Source: an uncultured Gemmatimonadales bacterium
GTDB lineage: Bacteria > Gemmatimonadota > Gemmatimonadetes > Gemmatimonadales > Gemmatimonadaceae
Assembly (NCBI GenBank): GCA_963701965.1
Contig: OY969695.1
Coordinates: 960,001-1,024,000 of the forward strand
Reading direction: 5' to 3'
DNA: 64,000 nt
The translations under genes and the position numbers were made by a program. Shown piece after piece: positions 1 through 10,751 of the stretch; positions within the stretch are counted from its first letter, which is position 1, and the number at the start of each line of letters is the position of its first letter. The notes under the pieces are model-generated. The model was not told the origin of the DNA. It made no database searches and was given only the letters and a program-made list of their open reading frames with translations.

Positions 1-1
1 G

Positions 2-3000
2 ATCAAATCGATCTTTCTTGTGCACCACTTGACTGAGGCATTGTATGGCAGCCACAGGTCGGCCGTGATCAGTCAGTTGCTGCGCCGCAAATAGCAAATC
101 GGGTGGCTCAACTTGAAACGGATTGACGGCGGCTTTCTTCCAGTACGCGCCAATGTTCTCTCCGAGCAATCGGCTTGCGTGATCCCATACCTCTCGATTG
201 AAGGGAAGAAACGATAGAAATAGCGCGATTTGTTCGACGCTCCATATCGATGCGATGACGCCATTGACCCAGGGCCAGCGCTGGTCCTGAAAGCGGGCCA
301 TGACAAATGCGCCGGCCAATTTGGCGATCGCTTGTTGCGGAGATTCGAGCAAATCCGGAAGTACGTCTACGTCGACCTTGGGTGGCGCAACACGCCCTAA
401 CGCGGCGCCAACCTGCCACGGTGCTTCGACCGCAGTAGCGAATTCGAGCACTGCTTTGAGCCCCCCACTATCAGCGATCTCGGCGACAGCCTGACTGCGG
501 CGCTCTTCAAGTTTTCGGTAGAGTTCCTGGTAATCTTCGCCTCTATCGAGCAGCGTGAGAACGTTTTCGCTGAACAGGCGTTGATGTCGCATGCTCGGCG
601 CACCGGGATCGAGGGCCGTTGCCACTTCCTCGAGTTCGGCCAATCTGCCGGAGCCTATCGCCCACGCTGCGTCCGCGAAGCGACGGTGCTTGTCGATGAC
701 GGCAACGAGGCCGCTCCAAAGCTGGTGTCGAGCTTCCTCCGGCAGAGATTTTATCTCATCAGATCGAAGGTAAGATAGAATTTTTTCGCCTGTTGCCTTC
801 GGTAAGTTCTCCCAGTGATCCATGAGTTGCCGCATCTTCGCTGGATCCTGCGCTGCCGCCTCGAATGCAAGGTCCGCGTACGCGGTGACTTGTTCCCAAT
901 ACTCTGCGTGAGTGGTGCCTGCGGTCCAGTCATCGGGGATGATCGGGCGCCACGCGGGACGGCGAGTGTAGCCCGATGCGCTGTGTACCTCTGGCAGAAG
1001 TGCGAGTAGCAGTTTCCACCCCACATCGGGATACTCACTGAGTAAGGTGGCCGCTGCGCTGCGGCGCTGCGAGACCGGCGCGAGTGTTTGGGGTAACCAC
1101 GGAAGGAGAATCGTGCGCAGGGAATTCGCAGGACGATTCGATATCATTCCTCCTGGGTCAATGGCTGCTAGCCCGCCTAAGCACATCGCGGCCTGATTCA
1201 AATACTCGGGTGCCCACGCTAAAGTCTCCAACGCCCAAAGGACACCAGTAGAGTACGAACGGCTCATGATGCCGTCGCCCTCCTCCGCGAACACATCGCG
1301 GAACACTGAGTTATCCGCGTCTATCGCGTCCTGAAGGCGCCCCAAAAACTCCTGCGGTGCCGCCTCGGCGAGGAGCGGAAGCACATCATTCAGACTGGCC
1401 CACTTAATGGCACTGGCTTCTGACAACAGGGCACGAATGGTCAGAACCGCTGTCGCTTCAGCTTTGCCGAATGAGCAGTTGGTGAGCGCTTCGTCGCGAC
1501 TTCCTACTAGCGCCAGCGCTTCCGCGAGTCCCATGCGGAGGCGCTTGGAGAACTTGCGCGCCTTGCCGTAAATCGACGCTGCGAATCGCTCCTCTTTTGC
1601 GAGGTCGAGCACGGGGTCGTTTTCGCTGAGTACGTCCGTGGCAGCTTTCTGTAACCTTTCGAGATGTTCGTCATACAAACGCGGCCCCAACGCGTACCAG
1701 CCTTCGAAGCGCGCGACAAATCTCCAGTGGCCGTCTTGCTGAACAAGGGGAGTGTCCGGGCCAAGCGCGATCTCACGCACACGGCCGATCCACTCCCCGT
1801 AGGAGTTTCCCGATAGGTTCTCCACAATGGCCTTATCTCCCTCGCTCGTCTCGACCCAACTGCCGAGTAGTTCCGCGATGACGAGGTCGGAGGCGGCTGA
1901 CGTTTCGGCCCAGCTCGGGTGCAGGGAGAGGTTCTGAATGCAACGGAGGAGTGACCCGAGAATGCCACCTGATTTCGCGGCGAGAGTCCTGGCTCGCTCT
2001 GAGCTATAGCCGGCCTTTTCCAACGCGTCTTGTATCTGGCCGATTTTTGGAGCGGGCAGGGCGGCCCTGCTCGGATCAGGGATACCACCCGGATCGCCCC
2101 GGAAGATCACGGCGTGGCCACCTCGGTGTGCCTTCTGAATCAGTATCGTGCCTGCTTCGCCAGCCAGATCGAGCATCGAATCGGCTATTAGGATGTGCCG
2201 TTGACGCTGGGCAACCACAGCGTTCCATGCGGCGCTGCTGGAAACGATCACACACCGACCTTCTGCATCCAACCGACTCGCTTCGCTAAGCTCCGCGACG
2301 TGAGCGCTAACGAATCCGACTACCTGATCCGTGTAAGGTGTGTCCAGTTTGAGATGCTTGGTCTTGTCGGCTAGTACTTGGTCCAGCTTCTCGCGAGCCC
2401 CTTCGCGGTTGACTAAGAATATCTGCGGAGGTAAGGGAGGAGGATCGCCGATTGAACTAATTATATCCCATCTTTGGCCGACCGTGTCTAAGTCCGCGGC
2501 CACAGGACCCACAGTTTGCTGAATGAGCCACGCGTTGACGGAGTGAAACTCGCGAATCCACTCATTCAATCTCGTTCCGTCAATGACCCTGACGGCTTTC
2601 CAGTCGTTGCAACCTCGTCGTTCTTGGAGCCAGTCTCGTTGTTGTCCTTCCTTCCAAGTGTCCTTCCAGTCTCTAAGACTTGAAAGCGGAGTAACGAACA
2701 CGAACGTCGCATCCTTCCTGTCATCTTCTGGGACGGCTTTGGTGCGATCTCGGTAGTCGCTTGTGGCTTTATCGCCGGCATCCAGGCTTGTCCCAATTTC
2801 CCAGAACGACACGCCATCCGGGACGAATGGATCGAGACCAAGCTCGATATCCAGATAGCCATCCGCGCCGTGCTGGCCGATACTGTCGCCACGAGGAAAC
2901 CTCCGGTCGCGCGGGCTCGGACATGAAGCAGCTACAAGCCGCGCGACAAGTTCGACGATCACTCCTTGTGCGATCCTCGAATTGCCACGGACCCACTCGT

Positions 3001-3025
3001 CCAGCTGCGCCTCGGTAATCCACAT
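2..3025 (-). CDS. Large protein (>1008 aa, runs off window): N-terminal restriction-endonuclease-like domain, degenerate NTPase-like middle, long helical C-terminus; defence-like
   Basis: Manual translation from ATG 3025 (RBS GAGGAG): MWITEAQLDEW...QHGADG...FWEIGT...KATSDYRDRT...FVFVTP...WKAVRVIDG...GVLWALETLAW...NRPANSLRTILLPWLPQT; same frame open to base 2; absent from the ORF track because there is no stop in the window. Confidence 0.8.
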   Translation of the reverse strand, partial: MWITEAQLDEWVRGNSRIAQGVIVELVARLVAASCPSPRDRRFPRGDSIGQHGADGYLDIELGLDPFVPDGVSFWEIGTSLDAGDKATSDYRDRTKAVPEDDRKDATFVFVTPLSSLRDWKDTWKEGQQRDWLQERRGCNDWKAVRVIDGTRLNEWIREFHSVNAWLIQQTVGPVAADLDTVGQRWDIISSIGDPPPLPPQIFLVNREGAREKLDQVLADKTKHLKLDTPYTDQVVGFVSAHVAELSEASRLDAEGRCVIVSSSAAWNAVVAQRQRHILIADSMLDLAGEAGTILIQKAHRGGHAVIFRGDPGGIPDPSRAALPAPKIGQIQDALEKAGYSSERARTLAAKSGGILGSLLRCIQNLSLHPSWAETSAASDLVIAELLGSWVETSEGDKAIVENLSGNSYGEWIGRVREIALGPDTPLVQQDGHWRFVARFEGWYALGPRLYDEHLERLQKAATDVLSENDPVLDLAKEERFAASIYGKARKFSKRLRMGLAEALALVGSRDEALTNCSFGKAEATAVLTIRALLSEASAIKWASLNDVLPLLAEAAPQEFLGRLQDAIDADNSVFRDVFAEEGDGIMSRSYSTGVLWALETLAWAPEYLNQAAMCLGGLAAIDPGGMISNRPANSLRTILLPWLPQTLAPVSQRRSAAATLLSEYPDVGWKLLLALLPEVHSASGYTRRPAWRPIIPDDWTAGTTHAEYWEQVTAYADLAFEAAAQDPAKMRQLMDHWENLPKATGEKILSYLRSDEIKSLPEEARHQLWSGLVAVIDKHRRFADAAWAIGSGRLAELEEVATALDPGAPSMRHQRLFSENVLTLLDRGEDYQELYRKLEERRSQAVAEIADSGGLKAVLEFATAVEAPWQVGAALGRVAPPKVDVDVLPDLLESPQQAIAKLAGAFVMARFQDQRWPWVNGVIASIWSVEQIALFLSFLPFNREVWDHASRLLGENIGAYWKKAAVNPFQVEPPDLLFAAQQLTDHGRPVAAIQCLSQVVHKKDRFD

Positions 3026-3154
3026 CGCTACTCCTCGGTGGATTGAAGCCGCGCCACTAACGTGAGCGGCGGCCCGGTAGGGGCGAATCCGACGCGCACA
3101 AACATACGACTCTGGTGCATGGGCCGGCAGGGATCGGGAGGGGCGCGCTCGCGC

Positions 3155-3175
3155 TGGGCACATTTTGGGCACATT
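3155..3175 (+). repeat. Tandem direct repeat TGGGCACATT x2 (11-bp period)
   Basis: TGGGCACATT-T-TGGGCACATT seen directly. Confidence 0.7.
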
Positions 3176-3299
3176 CATCCGCAAAACACCGCAATCGGAT
3201 GCGAAGCGGCGCTGGCGTAGTTCGCCGCCAGCGCCGCAATCCCAACGTCTGGCGGCATCGTGCAACTCAGCGTAAACGGGTCGCGAGAATTTAGCAAAA

Positions 3300-3727
3300 C
3301 CAAGCGCTGTGGCCCTCTCGCCGCCCAAGGCCCGCGCAGCAACCGCTTCCAAGACACTGACGCAAGCCCGGCACCCACCAGCCTACAATCTCGGGATCGT
3401 AGTAGGTCGGGTCGCGGAGTACGCCCTCGACGCGTGGCCGAGCGGTGACACGAGCCAATAGTGTCGTGCATCCGGATCCGCCGCATTGAGCGGCTAGTCG
3501 GCGTAGTGGGCCACCGCATCAGGATCGGTGATAATCGCGCGCCAGAAGTTGACAATGTAACAGTCCCGATCGCAGGCGGTCTCTACCCTCACCGCATGCG
3601 GGCAACGCAGCCGTACGATAGGCGACCCGGCGAAGGGCTCTACGTAATTTGGCACATCGCCGAATCGGCTCCACACGAGCAATGCCGCGCGCGACTTGCC
3701 GCCAAACCACGGGAACGGTACCCGCAC
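3300..3727 (-). pseudogene. DNA adenine methyltransferase (Dam/D12-class) remnant
   Basis: PFPWFGGKS...NYVEPFAGS...CYIVNFWRA motifs; TAG at 3494-3496 followed by in-frame PLNAADPDARHYWL, then a frameshift; left limit approximate. Confidence 0.75.
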
Positions 3728-3728
3728 C

Positions 3729-4259
3729 CTACCACGTCCATACCGGACGCAGGACGGCAATCACGTCGTGCGTTGACACCGGTCCGAAATACCGACTATC
3801 GAAGGACCGCACGTTATGGGTGCCAACCAACCAAAGCTGTCCGGGTTCAAGTACCCACTGAACGCCGGTGAGCTGGGGCAACGACCGGCCGCGGGAGTCG
3901 ACGCGTAACGGAGCCGTGGACGCGACGGGACGACCATTGACGACGAGACCCGTCGCCGTGACCTGCACGGTATCGCTCGGTCCGGCGGCGACTTGCTTTC
4001 CAAGAGGCTCAATGTCCGCAGGGCACCGCCCCTGCGTCAAGTAGCCACGTGCGCGCGCCAACACCGCCACGTTTCGTGGCAGACAGACGAGCACTATGTC
4101 ACCGCGGCCCGGCCGCGCGCCTTGCACCATGCGATAAAGGCCTATCGGAATGCTGGGCAATGTGTTGATCGGATAGAGGCCCTCAGCGGCGATCGAGAGT
4201 ACGGCGTGTGCCAGTGCGGCGGCAACGCCCGGCGCCAGGAGACGACACCACGCATTCAT
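3729..4259 (-). CDS. traF: Conjugative transfer S26 peptidase / pilin maturase TraF
   Basis: NTLPSIPIGLY, LGKQVAAGPSD and SFDSRYFGPV motifs; coupled to traG. Confidence 0.88.
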   Translation of the reverse strand: MNAWCRLLAPGVAAALAHAVLSIAAEGLYPINTLPSIPIGLYRMVQGARPGRGDIVLVCLPRNVAVLARARGYLTQGRCPADIEPLGKQVAAGPSDTVQVTATGLVVNGRPVASTAPLRVDSRGRSLPQLTGVQWVLEPGQLWLVGTHNVRSFDSRYFGPVSTHDVIAVLRPVWTW

Positions 4260-6103
4260 AAGGCACGCGAGGGAGGCTGAATGAGTGACGCCAAGTCACG
4301 ATCGGTGCGGTAGTCGAGCCGTCGTGCCCGTATCGGCGCCGCGCCGCGCGGAAAGACGACTACTTCGTCGCGCGCGAGTCGGCGCGCCTCGTCCGGGAAC
4401 AGCAGCCGCCGGCCGTGTTCCGACACGGATGCAGAGGCGCTCTCCTGACTGCTGCCGCCGCGACCGTGGCTCACGCCCGCTGAGCGATTCTCGCTGGAGA
4501 CGCGAACCGTCGCGTCACCCGTGAGCTTGGAAACAAGTTCCGCCGTGCGATAGTCGTTGATGCCGAACAGCATGGTGATGTCCGCATTGCTTATGAAGGT
4601 CTCCCACGACTTGGGATAGGTCCGTTGCAGCCCCGCAATGTCTTGCGCGATGAGCCAGAATCGGACGCCGGCGCCCGCGGCAATCGTGAACTCCTCCTCG
4701 ATCGGATCGAGACGCCCGAGATTTTGGACTTCGTCGAGCAGCGCCAGCCAGCCAGGATGCGAGCGATCGAAGTGCGTGGTCACCTCACGTAAGAAGGTGC
4801 CGACTACCAGCCGACAGTATCGGCGCGCCGTCTTGGTGCGGCGGCGCGGGACAATGAGATAGATCGTCATCGGCTGACCGGTGTCGCCAAACGAGATCGT
4901 GGAGTCGGCCATCGCCGTTGCCAGGAGCGGACTGTCCAAGAAGTGCGTATGCGCATACGCCGTCGCGAGCACGCCGGCGAGCGTGCGCTCGTCCAATTGA
5001 CTGAGCTGCGCTGCGGTGCGCTTGATGAGGCCATGCTGGCTCCGGTCGTTCGCCATGTCAGTGAGCACTCCGGCAAACTCGGTCTTCGGGCGACACAACA
5101 ACGCCCGGACGCCCGGCAAGTCACGATGTTGCGCATGTTTCTCCGCCGTCGCGACGTGGAGAATGAGGCCGGCGATCAGGGCTCGGGCTGACTCGTTCCA
5201 GAACGCCGCGTCTGCGCCACGGTCCTCCGGGTCCACCAGCAGATCAGCGAGGTACCACGCATCCTCGCCCGCCTCGGGATTCTGCGCGGAGATGAGGTCG
5301 AGCGCATTCATCTGCGCGCCGTTATCGGACACGACGGCGTAGGGATCGAGGGCGATGACCCGGTGCCCCATCGCTTCGCGGCGGGCGGCGGTCAGCCGGT
5401 AGTTCTCACCTTTCGGATCCGTCACGAACATGCTATCCGGACAGGTCAGCAGCGCCGGAATAACGAGGCCGACCCCCTTCCCTGCGCGTGTCGGCGCCAC
5501 GGCGAGTAGGTGGCCGTCGCCCGCGTACCGCAGCAGTCGTCCCTCCGCATCGCGTCCGAGCGGCAGACCCTTCGCGACGCGGAGCTCCCGGCCGTCCCCC
5601 CACGCCGCACTGCCATGCGACTCGCTCAACCGCACATCGTCGCGGCGCGCAGCGGCCGCCAGAGACGCCACCGTGAGCGCCACGAGTGCGGCGGCGAACG
5701 CGAGCCAGCCATCGCGCAGAAATGGCGTAAGTGCCGCGACATTACGGTACGCCCAGGACCACACGAGGAGACGCTCCGGCGCGTATATGCGTCCGCCCGA
5801 GAATACGAGCAGCAGGGCCGCGAGGCCCACGAGCGGCGCCAAGCGCCGCCACCTACGGATGCAGAGGAGTATGACCGCTACAAGCGCTATCCACGCCGCG
5901 CCGGGAGCAATCCATCGCGACAGGGCCGCCGGTGCCACGTAGAGGGGCGGCCCTAAGTTCGCGTGGTCATGAAGGCGAAGCGCGACGTAGCGCGTGGCAA
6001 TTCCTAAGGCGATCAGCGTATCGATCAACAGCACCAACAGCAGGGCACGCCGGCGTGTCGCGCCGAGCGGCGGTGGGCCGACGGTCGCGCGACCGCCCTT
6101 CAC
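4256..6103 (-). CDS. traG: Type IV coupling protein TraG/VirD4
   Basis: SHGSAAW, HLLAVAPTRAGKGVG, VTDPKGE, LLDEVQNLG, GRRLLFPDE. Confidence 0.93.
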   Translation of the reverse strand: MKGGRATVGPPPLGATRRRALLLVLLIDTLIALGIATRYVALRLHDHANLGPPLYVAPAALSRWIAPGAAWIALVAVILLCIRRWRRLAPLVGLAALLLVFSGGRIYAPERLLVWSWAYRNVAALTPFLRDGWLAFAAALVALTVASLAAAARRDDVRLSESHGSAAWGDGRELRVAKGLPLGRDAEGRLLRYAGDGHLLAVAPTRAGKGVGLVIPALLTCPDSMFVTDPKGENYRLTAARREAMGHRVIALDPYAVVSDNGAQMNALDLISAQNPEAGEDAWYLADLLVDPEDRGADAAFWNESARALIAGLILHVATAEKHAQHRDLPGVRALLCRPKTEFAGVLTDMANDRSQHGLIKRTAAQLSQLDERTLAGVLATAYAHTHFLDSPLLATAMADSTISFGDTGQPMTIYLIVPRRRTKTARRYCRLVVGTFLREVTTHFDRSHPGWLALLDEVQNLGRLDPIEEEFTIAAGAGVRFWLIAQDIAGLQRTYPKSWETFISNADITMLFGINDYRTAELVSKLTGDATVRVSSENRSAGVSHGRGGSSQESASASVSEHGRRLLFPDEARRLARDEVVVFPRGAAPIRARRLDYRTDRDLASLIQPPSRAL

Positions 6104-7380
6104 GGCGCGGCGGCGCCGTAAGGGCGCGGGAACGACAGGTCTGTCGTCAACAGCAGGTTGAACAATGCGCCGGGTGGGAGGGTCAGCGTGGGAGGGACAT
6201 CGAGTTCGCGCCGAACGATCTCGAGTCCGACGGTGCCCAACTCCTGCCCAAGGGATCCGGCGAGCACCTGTCCGACGCTCGGCGTCGTCAACACGGAGCC
6301 GCCGTTTTGTGGTTGGCTCAGCTCGACGCCGGCGCCGATCGCAGCAGCAATGCCGGCCGCGCTGAACGTCCGAAAGGAATGGTTGTCCACGTCCGCGGCG
6401 ACACCGGCTGCGCCACGCTCGTCGGTCGCTGGCTGCCCCGGTAGATCAATTACCTCCCCGTTCGGCAGGTTGATGCGGACCCACGCGAGCGCCACGCGCT
6501 TTTGACCGTGCACGACTCCCGACCCGAGGTGACCGACTAATCGCGCCCCCTTGGGGATCAAGACGACAGACTCGGTCGGACTATCGTAGACATCGCGCGT
6601 CACTTGCGCCCCGACGTCGCCAGGCAGATCGCTGTTGAGGGCCGTCACCAAAACAGCCGAGATGACGGACCCCGCCGTGAGTAGGAATCCAGTGTTCGAC
6701 TGACGCGCGTTGACCGCGATCACGGGCACCGGCCCCTCCCGCGCCACGAGCTGCGACACGGGCTGGCGCGGGTCACCACCGCGTCGCGTCGGCAGCCCAC
6801 CAGCGACTTGCAGCGGAGAGGCCACCGGCGGCGCCCCCGCCTCCGGACCACCCTGGGTCGGAAGGTCAGCGCCCTCCCGACGGTCGGTTACTCCAGCAGC
6901 GACCGTCAGCGGGCTTCTAAGGGCCCTCCAGTAGTCGTCCTCGCTGTCACTGCGCATCGTCGGAGGGGCAACATCGGGCGAGCGATAGAGCGGCGCGTCA
7001 GCAGTGGTGCCCGTTGTGTAGCGGCCAGAGATCGCCACCCGCGTTGAATCGCCAGCGATCGGAGGCGGCACCACCGCCGGACTGTCAATGCCGGCCGCTC
7101 CGCTGGCGCCGCTTGGAGGCATCGGAGCCGGGCCAGGGCGATCCAAGAACAATGGCGGTGGGGGTGACGCCGCCCGCGCCCCGCTCGCCGCTGCCGCGAC
7201 GGGAGAGGCGCCCTTGGCGGGGACGAGGAACACCACCGCCACGAGTGCCGCCATCCCGAGAACGCAGCCGGCGACGATCAGGGCGTTGCGATTGAGGCGT
7301 TCGGCAAGCGGCGCCGTCGGCCGCTGGAGAGGCATCGGCGTGCGGTCTCGCGGCGTCTTCCCTGAATCGTGATCGCTCAT
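6100..7380 (-). CDS. trbI: TrbI/VirB10
   Basis: TM plus Pro-rich linker; GSVISAVLVTALNSDLPG...VYDS...LIPKGARLVG, VDNH. Confidence 0.93.
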   Translation of the reverse strand: MSDHDSGKTPRDRTPMPLQRPTAPLAERLNRNALIVAGCVLGMAALVAVVFLVPAKGASPVAAAASGARAASPPPPLFLDRPGPAPMPPSGASGAAGIDSPAVVPPPIAGDSTRVAISGRYTTGTTADAPLYRSPDVAPPTMRSDSEDDYWRALRSPLTVAAGVTDRREGADLPTQGGPEAGAPPVASPLQVAGGLPTRRGGDPRQPVSQLVAREGPVPVIAVNARQSNTGFLLTAGSVISAVLVTALNSDLPGDVGAQVTRDVYDSPTESVVLIPKGARLVGHLGSGVVHGQKRVALAWVRINLPNGEVIDLPGQPATDERGAAGVAADVDNHSFRTFSAAGIAAAIGAGVELSQPQNGGSVLTTPSVGQVLAGSLGQELGTVGLEIVRRELDVPPTLTLPPGALFNLLLTTDLSFPRPYGAAAP

Positions 7381-7389
7381 CGGCGGCGA

Positions 7390-8298
7390 CTATCGATCCG
7401 GACGCCAGCGCGCATTCATCACTTCTACGGTGCGCTCGTTCTTCCCCGTTCCCAGCGCGAGGACGGCCCGATCAAAAATGTGGTCGGTCTTGTAGGTCCC
7501 GTCGCGGAGAACATAGTTGAGCAAGGCACGTGTGCCGTCCGGCTGGATCTCCCACAATGCTGGTGCGGCGGCGAATCGCGCCGTTTCTGGCAGGCGGATA
7601 TACACATGGGCGCTATCGTCGTAGACCTGCTCCGGCGCCCACGGCACCGCTTTGGCCGCGTGCCATTGGTAAGCAAAATTGAGCCGCTCCGGTGGCGCGG
7701 GTGGAGACCCACCAGCGCTCGGATTCGGATTGGGCATTGCCGCGACGGTCGGCGGCGCTGTGCTCCCCGAGTCGACCCGGCCCGATCGTGCGGCATCGGG
7801 GAAGTAGAACGCGACGTGGCGAACGGTCGGTGCGCTGGCGGTCCCGGCGCGGCCGACGCATGGCGGTGCCCGGAGCGCGACGTCGTACACGCGGCGATCG
7901 GTGGCGATCAAGAGGTTCGTCGCGACGTCACAGGCGGTTGGTTTCACCACAACCAACATCCGGGGAACGTCTCCACCTTGCGCGAGGGTATCGAGCTTCC
8001 AGCGCACGGCGTCGCAGCGCGCAATGCCGGTCACGCGTTCACCCGGCTCCAGGCTGACATAGCACGCGTGCAGCGGCGCACAAATCATTTCCGGTTCGGC
8101 GTACCCGAACGGATACACCACCGCATCGGCTGTCCGGACGACTCGCGGGGTCCATCCGTGCTCTCGGACCTCCGCGAGCGCGATCGCGACGGCCCCGCTC
8201 TCGACCGACTGCCCCTGCGCTCGCGCGCCGATCACGGCCGACTGCATCGCGACGAATGCAACGAACGCCAGGAATCGCCGACTCTTCCCATCCGTCAT
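7390..8298 (-). CDS. trbG: TrbG/VirB9
   Basis: Signal peptide, ICAPLHACYVSLEPGE, TNLLIATDRRVY, LNFAY, PEQVYDDS; ATGA overlap with trbF. Confidence 0.9.
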   Translation of the reverse strand: MTDGKSRRFLAFVAFVAMQSAVIGARAQGQSVESGAVAIALAEVREHGWTPRVVRTADAVVYPFGYAEPEMICAPLHACYVSLEPGERVTGIARCDAVRWKLDTLAQGGDVPRMLVVVKPTACDVATNLLIATDRRVYDVALRAPPCVGRAGTASAPTVRHVAFYFPDAARSGRVDSGSTAPPTVAAMPNPNPSAGGSPPAPPERLNFAYQWHAAKAVPWAPEQVYDDSAHVYIRLPETARFAAAPALWEIQPDGTRALLNYVLRDGTYKTDHIFDRAVLALGTGKNERTVEVMNARWRPDR

Positions 8299-9037
8299 CG
8301 TGCCTCCATAGCCGAGTTCGCGACGCCCTCGCGGACAGCGCGACCCACTTTCGACCAAGAAATCGACGTCACGTAGACGCCGAGGGGATTCGCGATCACA
8401 TCGTCGAGTGACCGCGGTGTGGCGAGCCGTGTCCCGAGGTACGCCTCCCAGGCGGCCGAGGACGGAGCACCGCCGCCGGCGGCGATCGGCCAGTCAGTCT
8501 CGACCACGCGACCCGGTAGACGGACAACGCGGGCACGCGGAGGAGCCCTGTGATCTCTACGGTACGTACGCGGTCGCGGGCGATCGTCCGCGGGTTGTTG
8601 GCCGTGTCGCCGAACCACTGATTCAGGAAGGTCGCCGCTGCAGGGTCGACGAATGCGTAGGCACGACTGACGACGTCCTTCTCCGCGACGTCCGTGGGAT
8701 ACACGGTCCGGACATCACGCACGAAGTCAGCGATCTGCGACCGAACGACCCGCTCATCTGGCGCGCGGAGCTGTTCGGCCGGCCCGAACGCCTTGGCCCG
8801 GCCAAACCGATCCACCTCGACGATCCACGGAATGACCCGAGCTGAGAGGACGAGCCAGACGCACGTTCCCGCTAATACCGCTGTCACCACCAGTTGCCCG
8901 AAGAACGCCCGCTGCCAGTTGGCCTTGGCCCGCGCGAGGTTGGTCCACGCATGCTCGAACTCGTGACGGGCCGCGAGAAATACCGGCTCGTCGCTTGCCG
9001 GCGCAGCCGGCCGTATCCGCTCCCGGCGCAGTCTCAT
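8295..9037 (-). pseudogene. trbF: TrbF/VirB8, frameshifted near 8500
   Basis: AKANWQRAFF...PWIVEVDRFG in one frame, NPLGVYVTSISWS in another; ATGA overlaps at both ends. Confidence 0.85.
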
Positions 9038-10012
9038 AGCGCCCGCAGGGCCGCCGCGATCCCGAGCGATTGGTGGCCCGCAATGCGCTCCGCGACACGA
9101 TCCGGAATGCGGATCACCATCAACGCGAAGATGAGCGCGCCACCGAAGACCTCGCCGAGCGCTTCCATGCCGAGCTGTCCAATCGCGACGAAATGCGCCT
9201 GCACGACCCAGGTCCGACTCATGTCCATCCCGACCGCAACGAGCAGGTAGAGCAGAAATATCTTGATCGCGACGCTGAGCGCATCCGGGGGACTCCCCTG
9301 CATCAGTACCGCCGTACCCGAAAAGCGGGTCAGCCCCATGAACAGCGCACCGGCAGATCGCGATGCTGAAGCTTGATGAAAGCAACAACAAGCAGCACCG
9401 CGATACGACGTAGGCGACGGCAACGATTAATGCTTCGGCGGCACCAACGAGTGCGGTCGCGACATTGCGCAGTGTGCCAATGCCCTCGAAGGAGAGCAGC
9501 ATCTCGCCACTCAGTGACCAGCCCAGGCTCACCGACTTCGGACGGTCCGACGACCCCCGCGGTGCCGATCGCGCGTTCACCCGCCGTGGCGAACCCGCCG
9601 ACGATCGGCGGAACCCAAAAGCTGTACGACGTGACGAGCGTGAGCAGGCCAGCAATGAAGCAGAATTTCAGGATGAACCGGCCGGCGATATCGTCGAGCG
9701 CATCGCGCCGCAATCCGTCAATGGCGCCCGACACGGCAAACTCCAGACCGGCCGAACGACGAACGTTCGTTGTGCGATGGGCGTCAGGCTCGCGAGCCAC
9801 CCTTGAGACGCCACCTTGTATTGGTGCGCCATACCATCGAGCATGCCGCCCGGTTGGACCGCGGTCTGTGCGTACAGTCCAGACGCGACTACGAGTCCAA
9901 TGGCGGTCAGCATGAAGGACGCCCACACCGACGCGTGCGGCGACCGGAGGAGTGCGCCGAGCCGCGCGCGCCACGGGCCCACAACTTGGCTGGGCACCGA
10001 GCGCCCGATCAT
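9034..10012 (-). pseudogene. trbL: TrbL/VirB6, multiple frameshifts
   Basis: Hydrophobic segments spread over several frames (FILKFCFIAGLL, AVATALVGAAEAL, VAIKIFLLYLLVAVG); position between trbJ and trbF. Confidence 0.75.
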
Positions 10013-10741
10013 GCGTCGGGCCGGAACGAGACCAGTGCCCGGTGCGGCGCATCGACGGCGAGCTGGGTGTACCACGCGTGCGCGTTCGCCTCGGGCTGCG
10101 CCGAATCCGTCATGTCCTGGGCGACACGCACGGCGGCCAAATTGTTCGCGGCCTCCGTTGCTTGGCGATTCAGCAGGTTTTCGCCTGCCTGAAACAGCGC
10201 GATGCTATTTGAGAGTTCCAACGCCTCCTCATGACCGTGAATACCGGTCAGCTGCGACTTCATATCCGCGAGCTGCTTTAGCCCGGCGACAAAAGCGTCT
10301 GCGCCTGAATGCTGTGCGGCCGCGAGCACTGCCGCGGCGGTGCTGAGGGCGCGTGCCACCTGCGCTGCACGTTCGGCGGCGTACTGCACCAATGGCCGGT
10401 TGCCAGGAAACGTGGAGCGGAGGAGAGCGGCCGAATTGCCGGCACCGTCTGCGCCCGATGCCGCTGGCCGTGGTGAAATCCGTGTTGAGCGTACTCAACG
10501 TGCCCGTCAGGTCCCGCCATGACGGATTCGCGAGTTTCTTCAGCGCGGTGACCTGATTCTGGATGGCCGTGAGCTGATTCGAGATTTGGGATGCGCCCTG
10601 GGCGGCCGACTTGACGGCCTCAGCAAACACGCTCCCGTCAAAGACGGCGAATTGCGCGTGCGCCGCTGACGGGGTCGTGAGCGTGCCGCCCATGAGCGCC
10701 CCGGCAATGGTGAGCAAGCGCGGACGAAACCGGGCCAACAC
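10009..10741 (-). pseudogene. trbJ: TrbJ/VirB5-like, frameshifted
   Basis: Signal peptide AAHAQFAVFD then QISNQLTAIQNQ; second half in the 10009..10392 frame. Confidence 0.7.
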
Positions 10742-10751
10742 AGCCCGCGCG

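Noticed and set aside
73..3023. Many short ORFs listed in the first 3 kb
   Set aside because: All overlap the single continuous minus-strand gene 3025 to <2
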